From contig CAYJJQ010000001.1 of NCBI GenBank assembly GCA_964370545.1, positions 133,560 to 197,559 on the forward strand: a DNA stretch of 64,000 bases, given 5' to 3'. This DNA is from an uncultured Muribaculaceae bacterium. GTDB lineage: Bacteria > Bacillota_I > Bacilli_A > RF39 > UBA660. Positions 49,116-57,970 of this stretch are shown here, piece by piece; within the stretch, counting starts at the first letter, position 1, and each line of letters starts with the position of its first letter. The translations under genes and the position numbers were made by a program. The notes under the pieces were generated by a model. The model did not search any database. It saw only the letters and a program-made list of their open reading frames with translations, and was not told the origin of the DNA.

Positions 49116-50561
49116 ATGAAAGAAAAAAGAGTTAAAAAAAGAAATATGATTTCTTCATTTTCAATAATTTTCATTTTAATAATTTTACTTGGAGGTATTT
49201 CTTATTTATTACCACAAGCGGATTTTATTGATGGTGTAATTGTTAATGGAAGTGGAGTTGTAAAAGCAAGTTTATCTACGATATTAATGTCACCTATACT
49301 AGGTTTTGAAAATGCTGTAGACGTATGTTTATTTGTACTTGTTTTAGGAGGTTTCCTAGAAATAATTAATAAAACGGGTGCTTTTACTAAAGGAATAAAA
49401 GTTTTAATACAAAAATTAAAAGGGAAAGAACTTATTTTAATCCCAATACTTATGTTAATTTTCTCTATAGGAGGAACTACATATGGTATGCTTGAAGAAA
49501 CTGTTATATTTTATGCTATCCTTGCTGTAACTATGGTTGCTGCTGGTATGGATACGCTTGTAGCGTCTTCTGTAGTATTACTTGGAGCAGGATCTGGAGT
49601 TTTAGGTTCTACTGTAAATCCATTTGCTGTTGGAGCTGCTGTATCAGCACTTCCTGCTGGTATAGAGGTTAACCAAGGTATAATCATTGCAATAGGTGCA
49701 GTATTATGGTTAACGTCATTGGTTATTTCAATATTCTTTGTTATGAAATATGCATCTAAAGTTATTAAAGATAAAGGATCAACATTTTTATCGTTACAAG
49801 AACAAGAAGATATGAAAAAAACTTTTGGAGAAGAAACTGAAAGTAAAGAAACCAAATTATCTGGAAAACAAAAATTAACTCTAGTATTATTTGGTTTATC
49901 GTTCCTAGTGATGATAGTAGGTTTCATCCCTTGGGGAGAATTTGATATAACTATATTTGATAACACAACTAATTTCTTAACAGGAAGTGCACTTGGAGCT
50001 TGGTGGTTTTATGATGCGGCTTTATGGTTCTTATTATGTAGTATAATAATAGCTATTGTTAATAGAATGAATGAAAATACATTTGTAAAAACATTTTTAA
50101 ATGGTGCTGCTGGTATGATGAGTGTAATTTTAATTATTGCGATCGCAAGAGGAGCTAGCGTATTAATGGGAGCAACATATCTAGATAATTATATTATATA
50201 TAATGCTGCTGACGCTCTTAAAGATGTTTCCGTTACAATATTTGCGCCGCTTAACTATTTGCTACATGTAGTATTATCATTCTTAGTTCCATCATCATCT
50301 GGTCTTGCCTCTATTTCAACGCCAATAATGGGGCCTCTTGCTCTAGAACTTGGTTATAATGTTGAAACTACTATTATGACATTTGTGGCTGCTAATGGGC
50401 TTGTAAATCTATTTACGCCTACATGTGGAGCAATAATGGGAGGTTTAGCTCTTGCTAAAGTTCAATATAGTACATGGCTTAAATGGGTACTAAAAGTCAT
50501 TATTACATTAGCTATAGTTAATATGTTAATATTGACAGTTGCTAGTCTTATATTAAGTTAA
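49116..50561 (+). CDS. YfcC/DcuC-type anaerobic carrier, putative arginine/ornithine antiporter
   Basis: 481-aa polytopic membrane protein immediately downstream of arcA-arcB. Family call is from overall architecture and context. Confidence 0.7.
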   Translation: MKEKRVKKRNMISSFSIIFILIILLGGISYLLPQADFIDGVIVNGSGVVKASLSTILMSPILGFENAVDVCLFVLVLGGFLEIINKTGAFTKGIKVLIQKLKGKELILIPILMLIFSIGGTTYGMLEETVIFYAILAVTMVAAGMDTLVASSVVLLGAGSGVLGSTVNPFAVGAAVSALPAGIEVNQGIIIAIGAVLWLTSLVISIFFVMKYASKVIKDKGSTFLSLQEQEDMKKTFGEETESKETKLSGKQKLTLVLFGLSFLVMIVGFIPWGEFDITIFDNTTNFLTGSALGAWWFYDAALWFLLCSIIIAIVNRMNENTFVKTFLNGAAGMMSVILIIAIARGASVLMGATYLDNYIIYNAADALKDVSVTIFAPLNYLLHVVLSFLVPSSSGLASISTPIMGPLALELGYNVETTIMTFVAANGLVNLFTPTCGAIMGGLALAKVQYSTWLKWVLKVIITLAIVNMLILTVASLILS

Positions 50562-50565
50562 TAAA

Positions 50566-50590
50566 GAAGAAGATTTATCTTCTTTTTTTT
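50566..50590 (+). terminator. intrinsic terminator ending the ABC/arc operon
   Basis: gaagaagat-tt-atcttcttt followed by T8. Confidence 0.7.
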
Positions 50591-50675
50591 AAATTTTAAC
50601 TGAGATAATTTCAGTAGAGATATTGACAAAAGCATATAAAATAAAGTATAATTTTTATTGTTAGAAGGTGTAGAT

Positions 50676-51005
50676 ATGTATAGTGAAAGAATTTATATGA
50701 CTCCTCAAGAGCTTTTAGATTACAAATTTAAAGTTGATGCTAGAGGATATAGACCACAAGAAGTTGATAAAATTCTGGACATGGTTATTCGTGATGAAAC
50801 TGAATATATAAATACTATCAAAAGTTTAGAACAACAACTTAAAGATGCTAATGAAGACAATATTAAACTTAAACAAGAGCTTCGTAGATTAAAAGTTGAT
50901 TTGGAAGATGCCGAAAATAATTCAGCATCAAGTGGTCCTAGTAACTTAGACCTTTTAAAAAGAATTAGCCAATTAGAAAAAATAGTATATAGAAAATATG
51001 ATTAA
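50676..51005 (+). CDS. gpsB: cell-cycle protein GpsB (DivIVA-domain)
   Basis: LLDYKFKVDARGYRPQEVDKILDMVIRD and C-terminal NLDLLKRISQLEKIVY match B. subtilis GpsB as recalled. rnpB is adjacent as in Bacillus. Confidence 0.9.
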   Translation: MYSERIYMTPQELLDYKFKVDARGYRPQEVDKILDMVIRDETEYINTIKSLEQQLKDANEDNIKLKQELRRLKVDLEDAENNSASSGPSNLDLLKRISQLEKIVYRKYD

Positions 51006-51340
51006 TCTGGGCAAATGCTGCATATAACCTATGTAGAGGAAAGTCCATGCTCGCACAAGCTGTAATGCTTGTAGTGTTCGTGTCTTAGGAAAAAATAACT
51101 AAGAGTAGTATTACTAACGGCTTTGAAATAACCTTAACTGGTTAAAGTAAATTTAAAAGTGCCACAGAAACGAGTTTTTTAGGAAACTAAAAAAATGAAA
51201 CGAGGTAAACCCCACGAGCGAGAAACCCAAATTTTGGTAGGGGAACTTTTATGAAGGAAACAAACGGATTAAAGGACTGTAATAGTAGATAAATATTTGC
51301 CGCTTCCAAGTGAAGTACAGAACATGGCTTATAAGATTTT
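51004..51340 (+). ncRNA. rnpB: RNase P RNA, bacterial type B
   Basis: Universal blocks GAGGAAAGTCCATGCTCGCAC, AGTGCCACAGAAACG, GTAAACCCCACGAGCGAGAAACCCAAATTTTGGTAGGGGAAC and ACAGAACATGGCTTA are colinear with B. subtilis rnpB. Ends are approximate to within about 5 nt. Confidence 0.9.
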
Positions 51341-51379
51341 TTTATTTTGAATATATATTATTAAAGGGAGTGAATTATT

Positions 51380-51856
51380 TTGGACGATATTGGATCGTTG
51401 TTAAAAGAGACTAGAATATCAGCTGGAGTAAATATTAGTGAGGTAAGCAAGGACTTAAGTATAAGTGAACTTGCAATAGAAAATATCGAGGATGGAAAAA
51501 TCGGTTCTTTTAAAGATGTTTTTGAACTAAAAGAAATACTATATAATTACTCTAAATATTTAGGCTTAGAATCAGATAAAATAATAGATGATTTTAATTC
51601 TTATTTATTTGAATATACTTCAAAAATTCCAGTTAAAGAAATTGAAAAAACAATTGAACTTCAAATGAAAGAAGAAGTAGATAAAAATAAAGTAATTTCA
51701 CCATATACAAAAAAAGAAGTTAAAGAAAATTATAAATTATTTATAATTTCTATAGTAGTAATTATTATATTAGTTTTATTAGCTATGACCTGGGCAATTA
51801 AGCAGGTTGCAATTGGTACAAGTGAAACAACGACAGTAATTAGTTATAGAAAGTAG
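51380..51856 (+). CDS. rodZ: RodZ-like HTH membrane protein
   Basis: TTG start after agggag. N-terminal HTH (IGSLLKETRISAGVNISEVSKDLSIS), a linker, then one TM helix. Lies directly upstream of pgsA like B. subtilis ymfM/rodZ. Confidence 0.65.
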   Translation: MDDIGSLLKETRISAGVNISEVSKDLSISELAIENIEDGKIGSFKDVFELKEILYNYSKYLGLESDKIIDDFNSYLFEYTSKIPVKEIEKTIELQMKEEVDKNKVISPYTKKEVKENYKLFIISIVVIIILVLLAMTWAIKQVAIGTSETTTVISYRK

Positions 51857-51861
51857 GATGT

Positions 51862-52470
51862 ATGAAAAAATTAAATTTACCTAATAAAATAACAGTGTGC
51901 AGAATTATATTATCATTTTTATTACTTATTATGTTAATAATTCCATGGGAACAAATTGGTGTGGAATGGCCTGTTTATAGTTTTAAAAATGAATTAATTA
52001 ATTTAAAATATTTAATTGCTGGAGGAATTTTCTTAATTGCAGCATCAACAGATTTTATTGATGGATACATAGCTAGAAAATATAATTTAATTACAGATTT
52101 CGGTAAAACAGCAGATGCTATTGCAGACAAACTACTTGTTAATGGTTTGTTGGTAATATTAGCATATGATAGAATTATACCTCTTTTAATACCAGTTATT
52201 ATTATCTCAAGGGATATAATTACTGATTCATGTAAATCTATATGTGGTAGTAAAGGTAAAGTTGTTGCAGCATCAAAACTAGGTAAAGCAAAAACTATAT
52301 TTATGATGATAGGTATTACTCTTACTTTATTTTATGATTTTCCTTTTATATATTTAAATATATATATAGGAGAGATATTTATTATTATTGCAACAGTAAT
52401 ATCAATTATATCTGGTGTTGAATATGTAATGAATAGTTCGAAATATTTATTTGATGAAAAAAAGAGTTAA
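51862..52470 (+). CDS. pgsA: CDP-diacylglycerol--glycerol-3-phosphate 3-phosphatidyltransferase
   Basis: CDP-alcohol phosphatidyltransferase motif DFIDGYIARKYNLITDFGKTADAIADKL. Confidence 0.9.
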   Translation: MKKLNLPNKITVCRIILSFLLLIMLIIPWEQIGVEWPVYSFKNELINLKYLIAGGIFLIAASTDFIDGYIARKYNLITDFGKTADAIADKLLVNGLLVILAYDRIIPLLIPVIIISRDIITDSCKSICGSKGKVVAASKLGKAKTIFMMIGITLTLFYDFPFIYLNIYIGEIFIIIATVISIISGVEYVMNSSKYLFDEKKS

Positions 52471-52544
52471 TCTTTTTTTTTGGTATAAATGTCTAAACAA
52501 GTATAATTATTTAGAATAATATAATGTAGAAAGGATAGTGTATT

Positions 52545-52871
52545 ATGAATAATTATTACGATCAAAATGAAATGTATAACAATATGAAAGTGGAAGGTAA
52601 CTTTAATAAAACTGCAACTTTGGAAAATACTAGTATGGAAATGCCTGTTGAGGGAATGGAAAGTTGCCATGTTCCTGCTGGATGTGAACCTATTTATGAA
52701 GCTCCGCAAGAAAGAGTATGTCATAGATATATAAATTATGAAGTACCGCATATTATTCCTTGCAACACAAGAATAGTAAATCATCATGTATATAGACATA
52801 CATATTCTCCATGTTACTCATGTTGTGAAGAAAATGTAGTATGTAATGTTTACGATAAAAAATGTTGTTAA
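52545..52871 (+). CDS. CotD-family spore coat protein-like, Cys/His-rich
   Basis: RVCHRYINYEVPHIIPCNTRIVNHHVYRHTYSPCYSCC resembles the CotD repeat pattern (V-P-H-I-h-P ... VNHxH) as recalled. 108 aa. Confidence 0.6.
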   Translation: MNNYYDQNEMYNNMKVEGNFNKTATLENTSMEMPVEGMESCHVPAGCEPIYEAPQERVCHRYINYEVPHIIPCNTRIVNHHVYRHTYSPCYSCCEENVVCNVYDKKCC

Positions 52872-52952
52872 AAATCTCTATTAAGAGATTTTTTTGTTGC
52901 TAGATAGTATTCTTTATGATAGAATAAAAAAACACGAAAAAGAGGAGACAAA

Positions 52953-53657
52953 ATGAGAAAAAGTAATATTGATATTCTAGAAGAAGAATACATGACTAAA
53001 GAAGAAGTAATTAATAAAATTAGAAATTTAGAAAATAATACTATGACTATAGTTACGGATATTAAGGAAATATTAGTAAGACCCTTTATAACTAGACAAG
53101 GAACTATACTAAGAAATAATACTGTTAGAACAGCATTAAAATATTTAAAAGAAAGAGCTAAAATTGAAACTGATGAAACATTTAGTCCAATAATGTATAT
53201 TTGTGATTTTTTTGTTAGTAATAAAATGAATTTTAATTATAATAGTTTGATGACATTTTGCGCTAACTTAAGAGAAGTAGTTGATACATTTGAAAATAAT
53301 ACTTTAGCAAAAGAAATATTTGAAGAAGCAGTAAGTGTTAAACAAATGAACGAACCATCATTAAGACGTAGTAAAGTAGACACTAGAGATTTATTTAGAT
53401 CTTATATTACAGTTGAAATAAAAAAATTAGTACCTGGTACTAAAGATGAGTATAAATTAACAAATGCTGATAGATTGACAGCTGCTAAGCTAGCTTTAGA
53501 ATTTATGGTAGAAAAAGATTATCCATTAGATAATTTTGCATTATTTGTAACAGTTGCTGATTATCAAATATTAAAGCATAATTTAGATTGTCTACCTTAT
53601 AATTATCAAGCAACTAAAATAGTGAGTAATTCTAGTAAAGAAGTGAAAAAAAGATAG
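52953..53657 (+). CDS. hypothetical protein
   Basis: 234-aa ORF with gaggag RBS. No family recognised. Confidence 0.55.
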   Translation: MRKSNIDILEEEYMTKEEVINKIRNLENNTMTIVTDIKEILVRPFITRQGTILRNNTVRTALKYLKERAKIETDETFSPIMYICDFFVSNKMNFNYNSLMTFCANLREVVDTFENNTLAKEIFEEAVSVKQMNEPSLRRSKVDTRDLFRSYITVEIKKLVPGTKDEYKLTNADRLTAAKLALEFMVEKDYPLDNFALFVTVADYQILKHNLDCLPYNYQATKIVSNSSKEVKKR

Positions 53658-53709
53658 TTTATCTTTTTTTTTGTTATTAAATACTGTATAATATGTATAG
53701 GTGATATAA

Positions 53710-54078
53710 ATGAATAATAGAGGAATATCGACTATTGAAATATTAGTAGTAGTAGGAGTATTTAGTTTAATATATTTAGTAGGAGTTATTAATGTAACGT
53801 TTGCATTTGAAACACCTGCAACAGAAGAAGCTTATAATGATGCAATTACTAGTATATTGAATCAAAGTGAAATATATGCTGAAAAAAATAGTGAATTATT
53901 TTTAGAAACAGATACTATTGAATTATATATAAATGATTTAGTAGAAGAAGGTTATTTACCTGCTAATTCAAATGGAGATATAGTAAATCCCGTTGACGAA
54001 ACTGATACTCTTAATGATATAAAAATAAGCATTGTTAAATCAGGTGAAACATACACAGCTACAGTTGTAAAAAATTGA
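53710..54078 (+). CDS. type IV pilin/pseudopilin-like protein (prepilin N-terminal motif)
   Basis: MNNRG/ISTIEILVVVGVFSLIYLVGV has G at -1 and E at +5 relative to the putative cleavage site, followed by a hydrophobic helix. 122 aa. TGA stop. Confidence 0.55.
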   Translation: MNNRGISTIEILVVVGVFSLIYLVGVINVTFAFETPATEEAYNDAITSILNQSEIYAEKNSELFLETDTIELYINDLVEEGYLPANSNGDIVNPVDETDTLNDIKISIVKSGETYTATVVKN

Positions 54079-54161
54079 CTGTAAACATTTTGTCAAAAAA
54101 TAACAAAAATATGTATACCTTTCAATTTCTATAGTAAAATATTATTGTAAGGAGTGGTAAA

Positions 54162-54365
54162 ATGTTATACCCATCAATAGATAAATTACTAAACATAGTT
54201 GATTCTAAGTATAAGTTGGTTCATGTTTCATCTCAAAGAAGTAAGCAAATGCTTGAACATAATCATTTTCAAATGAAAGAATGTGATTATGAAAATAAGA
54301 AAGAATTAGGAAGAGCTTTAGAAGAACTTAATAATAATTTAATAAATGTACATGAAAACAATTAG
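54162..54365 (+). CDS. rpoZ: DNA-directed RNA polymerase subunit omega
   Basis: MLYPSIDKLLNIVDSKYKLVHVSSQRSKQM is the typical RpoZ N-terminus. 67 aa. Confidence 0.85.
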   Translation: MLYPSIDKLLNIVDSKYKLVHVSSQRSKQMLEHNHFQMKECDYENKKELGRALEELNNNLINVHENN

Positions 54366-54423
54366 AAATTAACTAAAAGTACTTGATTATTAATTATCAA
54401 TATGATAAAATAATCTTGCTTTT

Positions 54424-54500
54424 GGGGAATTGGCTCAGTTGGCTAGAGCACCTGCCTTGCACGCAGGGGGTCAAGGGTTCGAATCCCTTATTCTCCACCA
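54424..54500 (+). tRNA. tRNA-Ala (UGC)
   Basis: GGGGAAT acceptor with the G3:U70 identity pair. Anticodon loop CUUGCAC. Encoded CCA. Confidence 0.9.
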
Positions 54501-54510
54501 AAGTAAAATT

Positions 54511-54535
54511 AAACTAGCTATATGCTAGTTTTTTT
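54511..54535 (+). terminator. intrinsic terminator after tRNA-Ala
   Basis: aaactagc-tatat-gctagttt plus a T-run. Confidence 0.7.
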
Positions 54536-54612
54536 CTTTATATTTATTAAATATAAAATTATAGTTGTTTATAGTATTTAACTAGTATATAATATTAGTT
54601 GAAAGGATTCTT

Positions 54613-55884
54613 ATGAGTGAAATAGCATTATTACCAGCAGATATATATAAGGTAGTTAATAAAACTATTTTAACTGACTTTGACAGAAAAGTTTTAGTGG
54701 CTTTTTATGAGCCAATTATTGGTCCATTTGCTTCTAGTTTGTATTTAACTTTGTGGCATGATTTAGAACAATTAGAACTATATAGTAGAGATCTTAATCA
54801 TCATCATTTAATGAAAATTCTTAAGAGTAGTATGAATAATCTTAAGGTAGCTAGAGAAATATTAGAATCTATGGGTTTGTTAAAAACATATTTAAAAGAA
54901 GGAGACCTTAATTCATATATTTATGAATTATATTCGCCACTTTCTCCATATGAATTTTTTAATCATCCTATTCTTAATATAGTTTTATATAATAATATAG
55001 GTAGAGAAGAATATGAAAGATTAAAATTATTTTATCAAAAAATAAAAATAAATACTAAAGAATATAAAGATATTACTAAACAGTTAGATGATGTATATAA
55101 AAGCGACAGTTATCAAGCTTCTGATGACATTAGAGAAAGAACTATTACTAATATAACAGTTAGTAATAAAATTGATTATGACTTACTTATTGCTAATATT
55201 CCCAAAAGTTTAATTAATGATAAAACCTTTAATAAAAGAAGTAAAGATTTAATTAATTTATTAGCTTTTATATACGATATTGATACTATTAAAATGAGTG
55301 AAATAGTTAGAAGTGTATTAAATGAATTTGGTATGATTGATAAAAATGAACTTAGAATAGCTACTAGAAAGTTTTATCAGTTTAATAATAATTCATTACC
55401 AACTTTAGTATATAGATCCCAACCTGACTTTTTAAAAAGCCCTGATGGTGATAATTCAATGCGTGGTAAAATAATTAATTTATTTGAAAATACAACTCCA
55501 TATGATTTTTTAAAAAGTAAAAATAGAGGTGTTAAACCTACTGCTAAAGATTTGAAAATATTAGAAATGTTAATGGTAGACATGGAACTTTCACCAGCTG
55601 TAGTAAATGTATTAATAGATTATGTTTTAAGAAAAAATAATAATAAATTTATTAGTGCTTATGTAGAAGCAGTAGCTGCTCAGTGGAATAGAGCAGGTGT
55701 TAAAACTGCGAAAGAAGCAATGGAATTTGCCGAAAAAGAACATAAGAAAATGAGTAATAAAGTTATTAAAAAAACAGTTAAAACAGAAGTTAAACCACCA
55801 TGGTTTAATGAGAATATTGGTAAAGATGAAATAACTAAGGAGCAAGAAGAAGAATTAAAAGATTTGTTAAAGGAGTTTAGTTAA
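54613..55884 (+). CDS. dnaB: replication initiation and membrane attachment protein (Bacillus-type DnaB, helicase co-loader)
   Basis: 423 aa. DnaB_2/DnaD-like region LSPAVVNVLIDYVL...YVEAVAAQWNRAGVKTAKEAMEF. Translationally coupled to dnaI (ATGA overlap... TAATG at 55882-55886). Confidence 0.8.
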   Translation: MSEIALLPADIYKVVNKTILTDFDRKVLVAFYEPIIGPFASSLYLTLWHDLEQLELYSRDLNHHHLMKILKSSMNNLKVAREILESMGLLKTYLKEGDLNSYIYELYSPLSPYEFFNHPILNIVLYNNIGREEYERLKLFYQKIKINTKEYKDITKQLDDVYKSDSYQASDDIRERTITNITVSNKIDYDLLIANIPKSLINDKTFNKRSKDLINLLAFIYDIDTIKMSEIVRSVLNEFGMIDKNELRIATRKFYQFNNNSLPTLVYRSQPDFLKSPDGDNSMRGKIINLFENTTPYDFLKSKNRGVKPTAKDLKILEMLMVDMELSPAVVNVLIDYVLRKNNNKFISAYVEAVAAQWNRAGVKTAKEAMEFAEKEHKKMSNKVIKKTVKTEVKPPWFNENIGKDEITKEQEEELKDLLKEFS

Positions 55885-56774
55885 TGGAAAAATTTAATAT
55901 ACCTAATAGTCAAAAAGTAAAAGCAAAAGTTGATAATGAATTTAGATTAGCTATGTCAAAAACAGAGTTTAAAAATATAGTTAAAAATATAAATATTCCA
56001 GAACAGTTAGCTAAAAAAAATGTAACTAAAATAAATGCAAGCATAGATGATCTTAAAAATTGTAAAACATGTAAAGGTTTATATCAATGTAAAAACGCAT
56101 TTGAAGGACATGTATATTATCCTTCTATAGTAGATGATAGACTTATTTTTGGTTATGCTCCATGTAAGTATCAGAAAAAAATGATTCTTGCTAAAGAAAA
56201 TAAAGAAACTAGCGAAAATGTACTTAAAAAAGCTAGAATGAAAGATATAGATATAACAGATAAAAATAGAGTAGCTCTTATAAAATGGATAAAAGCATTT
56301 TATGATAATTATGATCCTAGTAAAACTCAAAAAGGATTATATTTACACGGTTCATTTGGAAGTGGTAAAACTTACTTAATATCAGCTTTATTTAATGAAT
56401 TAAAAGAAACTAAAAATATTCAAAGTGAAATAGTTTATTATCCAGATTTACTTAGAAGTTTAAGAGATAATTTTGATTTATTGGAAAGTAAAGTTGAATA
56501 TTTAAAAGGTGTTGAATTATTAATGTTAGATGATATTGGTGCAGAAAATGTAACTAGCTGGGGTAGAGATGAAATATTATCTACAATTCTTCAATATAGA
56601 ATGAATGAGGGATTAACTACATTTTTTACATCTAATTTAACAATAAAAGAATTAGAATCACACTTAGCGATTACTAAAAATAGTGAAGATTTTGTAAAAG
56701 CTAGAAGAATCATTGAAAGAGTAAAACAATTGACTGAAGATATAGAGTTAATCAGTCAAAATAAAAGAATATAA
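55884..56774 (+). CDS. dnaI: primosomal helicase loader DnaI
   Basis: N-terminal Cys cluster (CKTCKG...C), Walker A LHGSFGSGKTYL, Walker B LLMLDDIGAE. Confidence 0.9.
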   Translation: MEKFNIPNSQKVKAKVDNEFRLAMSKTEFKNIVKNINIPEQLAKKNVTKINASIDDLKNCKTCKGLYQCKNAFEGHVYYPSIVDDRLIFGYAPCKYQKKMILAKENKETSENVLKKARMKDIDITDKNRVALIKWIKAFYDNYDPSKTQKGLYLHGSFGSGKTYLISALFNELKETKNIQSEIVYYPDLLRSLRDNFDLLESKVEYLKGVELLMLDDIGAENVTSWGRDEILSTILQYRMNEGLTTFFTSNLTIKELESHLAITKNSEDFVKARRIIERVKQLTEDIELISQNKRI

Positions 56775-56785
56775 ACATTTGTTCG
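56772..56785. promoter_or_regulatory. candidate LexA (Cheo-type) box upstream of recA
   Basis: TAAACATTTGTTCG compared with the Bacillus consensus CGAACATATGTTCG: core AAAC-N4-GTTC, one core mismatch. It lies just upstream of the recA -35. Confidence 0.45.
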
Positions 56786-56793
56786 CTTTTGTG

Positions 56794-56822
56794 TTGACAA
56801 TTGTTTTTTTTTGTTATACAAT
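56794..56822 (+). promoter_or_regulatory. sigma-A type promoter of recA
   Basis: TTGACA (56794-56799), 17 nt, then TACAAT (56817-56822). Confidence 0.6.
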
Positions 56823-56854
56823 GTGAATGTATCAGAGTTATACTAGGAGGAAAA

Positions 56855-57886
56855 ATGAAATCTACAAAGGAAGTAAAAAATAAAGATAAAACACTAGAAC
56901 AGGTTTTAAGTGATATAGAAAAGCAATTTGGAGCTGGAGCTATTATGAAGTTAGGCACTGATGATCACATAGAAATTGATGTTGTATCAACTGGATCTCT
57001 TGCACTGGACGTTGCGTTGGGAGTTGGAGGTTTTCCAAGAGGAAGAATTATAGAAATATTCGGACCAGAATCAAGTGGTAAAACAACTATTGCTTTAGAA
57101 GCTATTGCCGCAACTCAAAAAGCTGGAGGAAGAGCTGCATTTATAGATGCAGAGCACGCTTTAGATCCAGTTTATGCTAAAGCTTTAGGTGTAAATATTA
57201 GTGATTTATTATTATCGCAACCCGATACTGGAGAGCAAGCACTAGAAATATGCGAAGCGTTAGTTAGAAGTGAAGCAATAGATTTAATAATAATAGATTC
57301 AGTTGCTGCTTTGGTTCCACAAGCAGAAATAGATGGAGAAATGGGAGATTCACATGTTGGTTTACAAGCAAGATTAATGTCGCAGGCTCTTCGTAAACTA
57401 TCAGGTATTATGAATAAAACTAATACAACTGCTATATTTATAAATCAATTACGTGAAAAAGTTGGAGTTATGTTTGGAAATCCAGAGACTACTCCTGGAG
57501 GAAGAGCTCTTAAATTTTATTCAACTATAAGACTTGATATTAGACGTGGAGAGCAACTTAAAATGGGAGATCAAGTAATTGGTAACAAAACAAATATTAA
57601 AGTAGTTAAAAATAAAGTGGCGCCACCATTTAAAACTGCAGGTGTAGATATAATGTACGGTGAAGGAATTTCTAAAGAAGGTGAGTTAATTGATTTAGCT
57701 GCTGATATTGGAATAATAGAAAAAAGTGGTGCATGGTATTCATATAATGAAGATAAAATTGGTCAAGGTAAAGAAAACGTAAAGCAATTTTTAAAAGAAA
57801 ATGATAAAATTTTTGATGAACTTGATAAAAAAGTAAGAGATTACTACAATTTTAAGTCTAAAAATACAGACAAAAAAAATAATTAG
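56855..57886 (+). CDS. recA: recombinase RecA
   Basis: ATG at 56855 follows aggagg. GPESSGKTT Walker [10 protein letters not shown] Walker B, and the L1/L2 regions are conserved. Confidence 0.95.
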   Translation: MKSTKEVKNKDKTLEQVLSDIEKQFGAGAIMKLGTDDHIEIDVVSTGSLALDVALGVGGFPRGRIIEIFGPESSGKTTIALEAIAATQKAGGRAAFIDAEHALDPVYAKALGVNISDLLLSQPDTGEQALEICEALVRSEAIDLIIIDSVAALVPQAEIDGEMGDSHVGLQARLMSQALRKLSGIMNKTNTTAIFINQLREKVGVMFGNPETTPGGRALKFYSTIRLDIRRGEQLKMGDQVIGNKTNIKVVKNKVAPPFKTAGVDIMYGEGISKEGELIDLAADIGIIEKSGAWYSYNEDKIGQGKENVKQFLKENDKIFDELDKKVRDYYNFKSKNTDKKNN

Positions 57887-57970
57887 TCAAAATACCTTGC
57901 TTATTTTAAGAATAACTTTTATAATAAATTTATAGAAGTTATTTTTATTTCTATAAATAAAGGAGAAAAA

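Noticed and set aside
41291-50561. Antisense ORFs inside ponA (43169-43387), the SBP gene (44793-45446), the ABC ATPase gene (46091-46333), arcB (48518-49174) and the carrier gene (49511-49966)
   Set aside because: All lie fully opposite strongly conserved, motif-bearing genes. They lack ribosome-binding sites and have low-complexity translations.
50973-51002. Possible internal promoter for rnpB inside the gpsB 3' end (TTAGAA-18-TATGAT)
   Set aside because: The hexamers are weak and easy to find by chance in AT-rich DNA. A start site there would remove the 5' strand of the P1 helix. Co-transcription with gpsB, or a promoter further upstream, cannot be distinguished from sequence alone.
52467-52799. 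110-aa minus-strand ORF antisense to the CotD-like gene
   Set aside because: It has no RBS. The + strand ORF has a good RBS-like context and a recognisable Cys/His CotD-type pattern.
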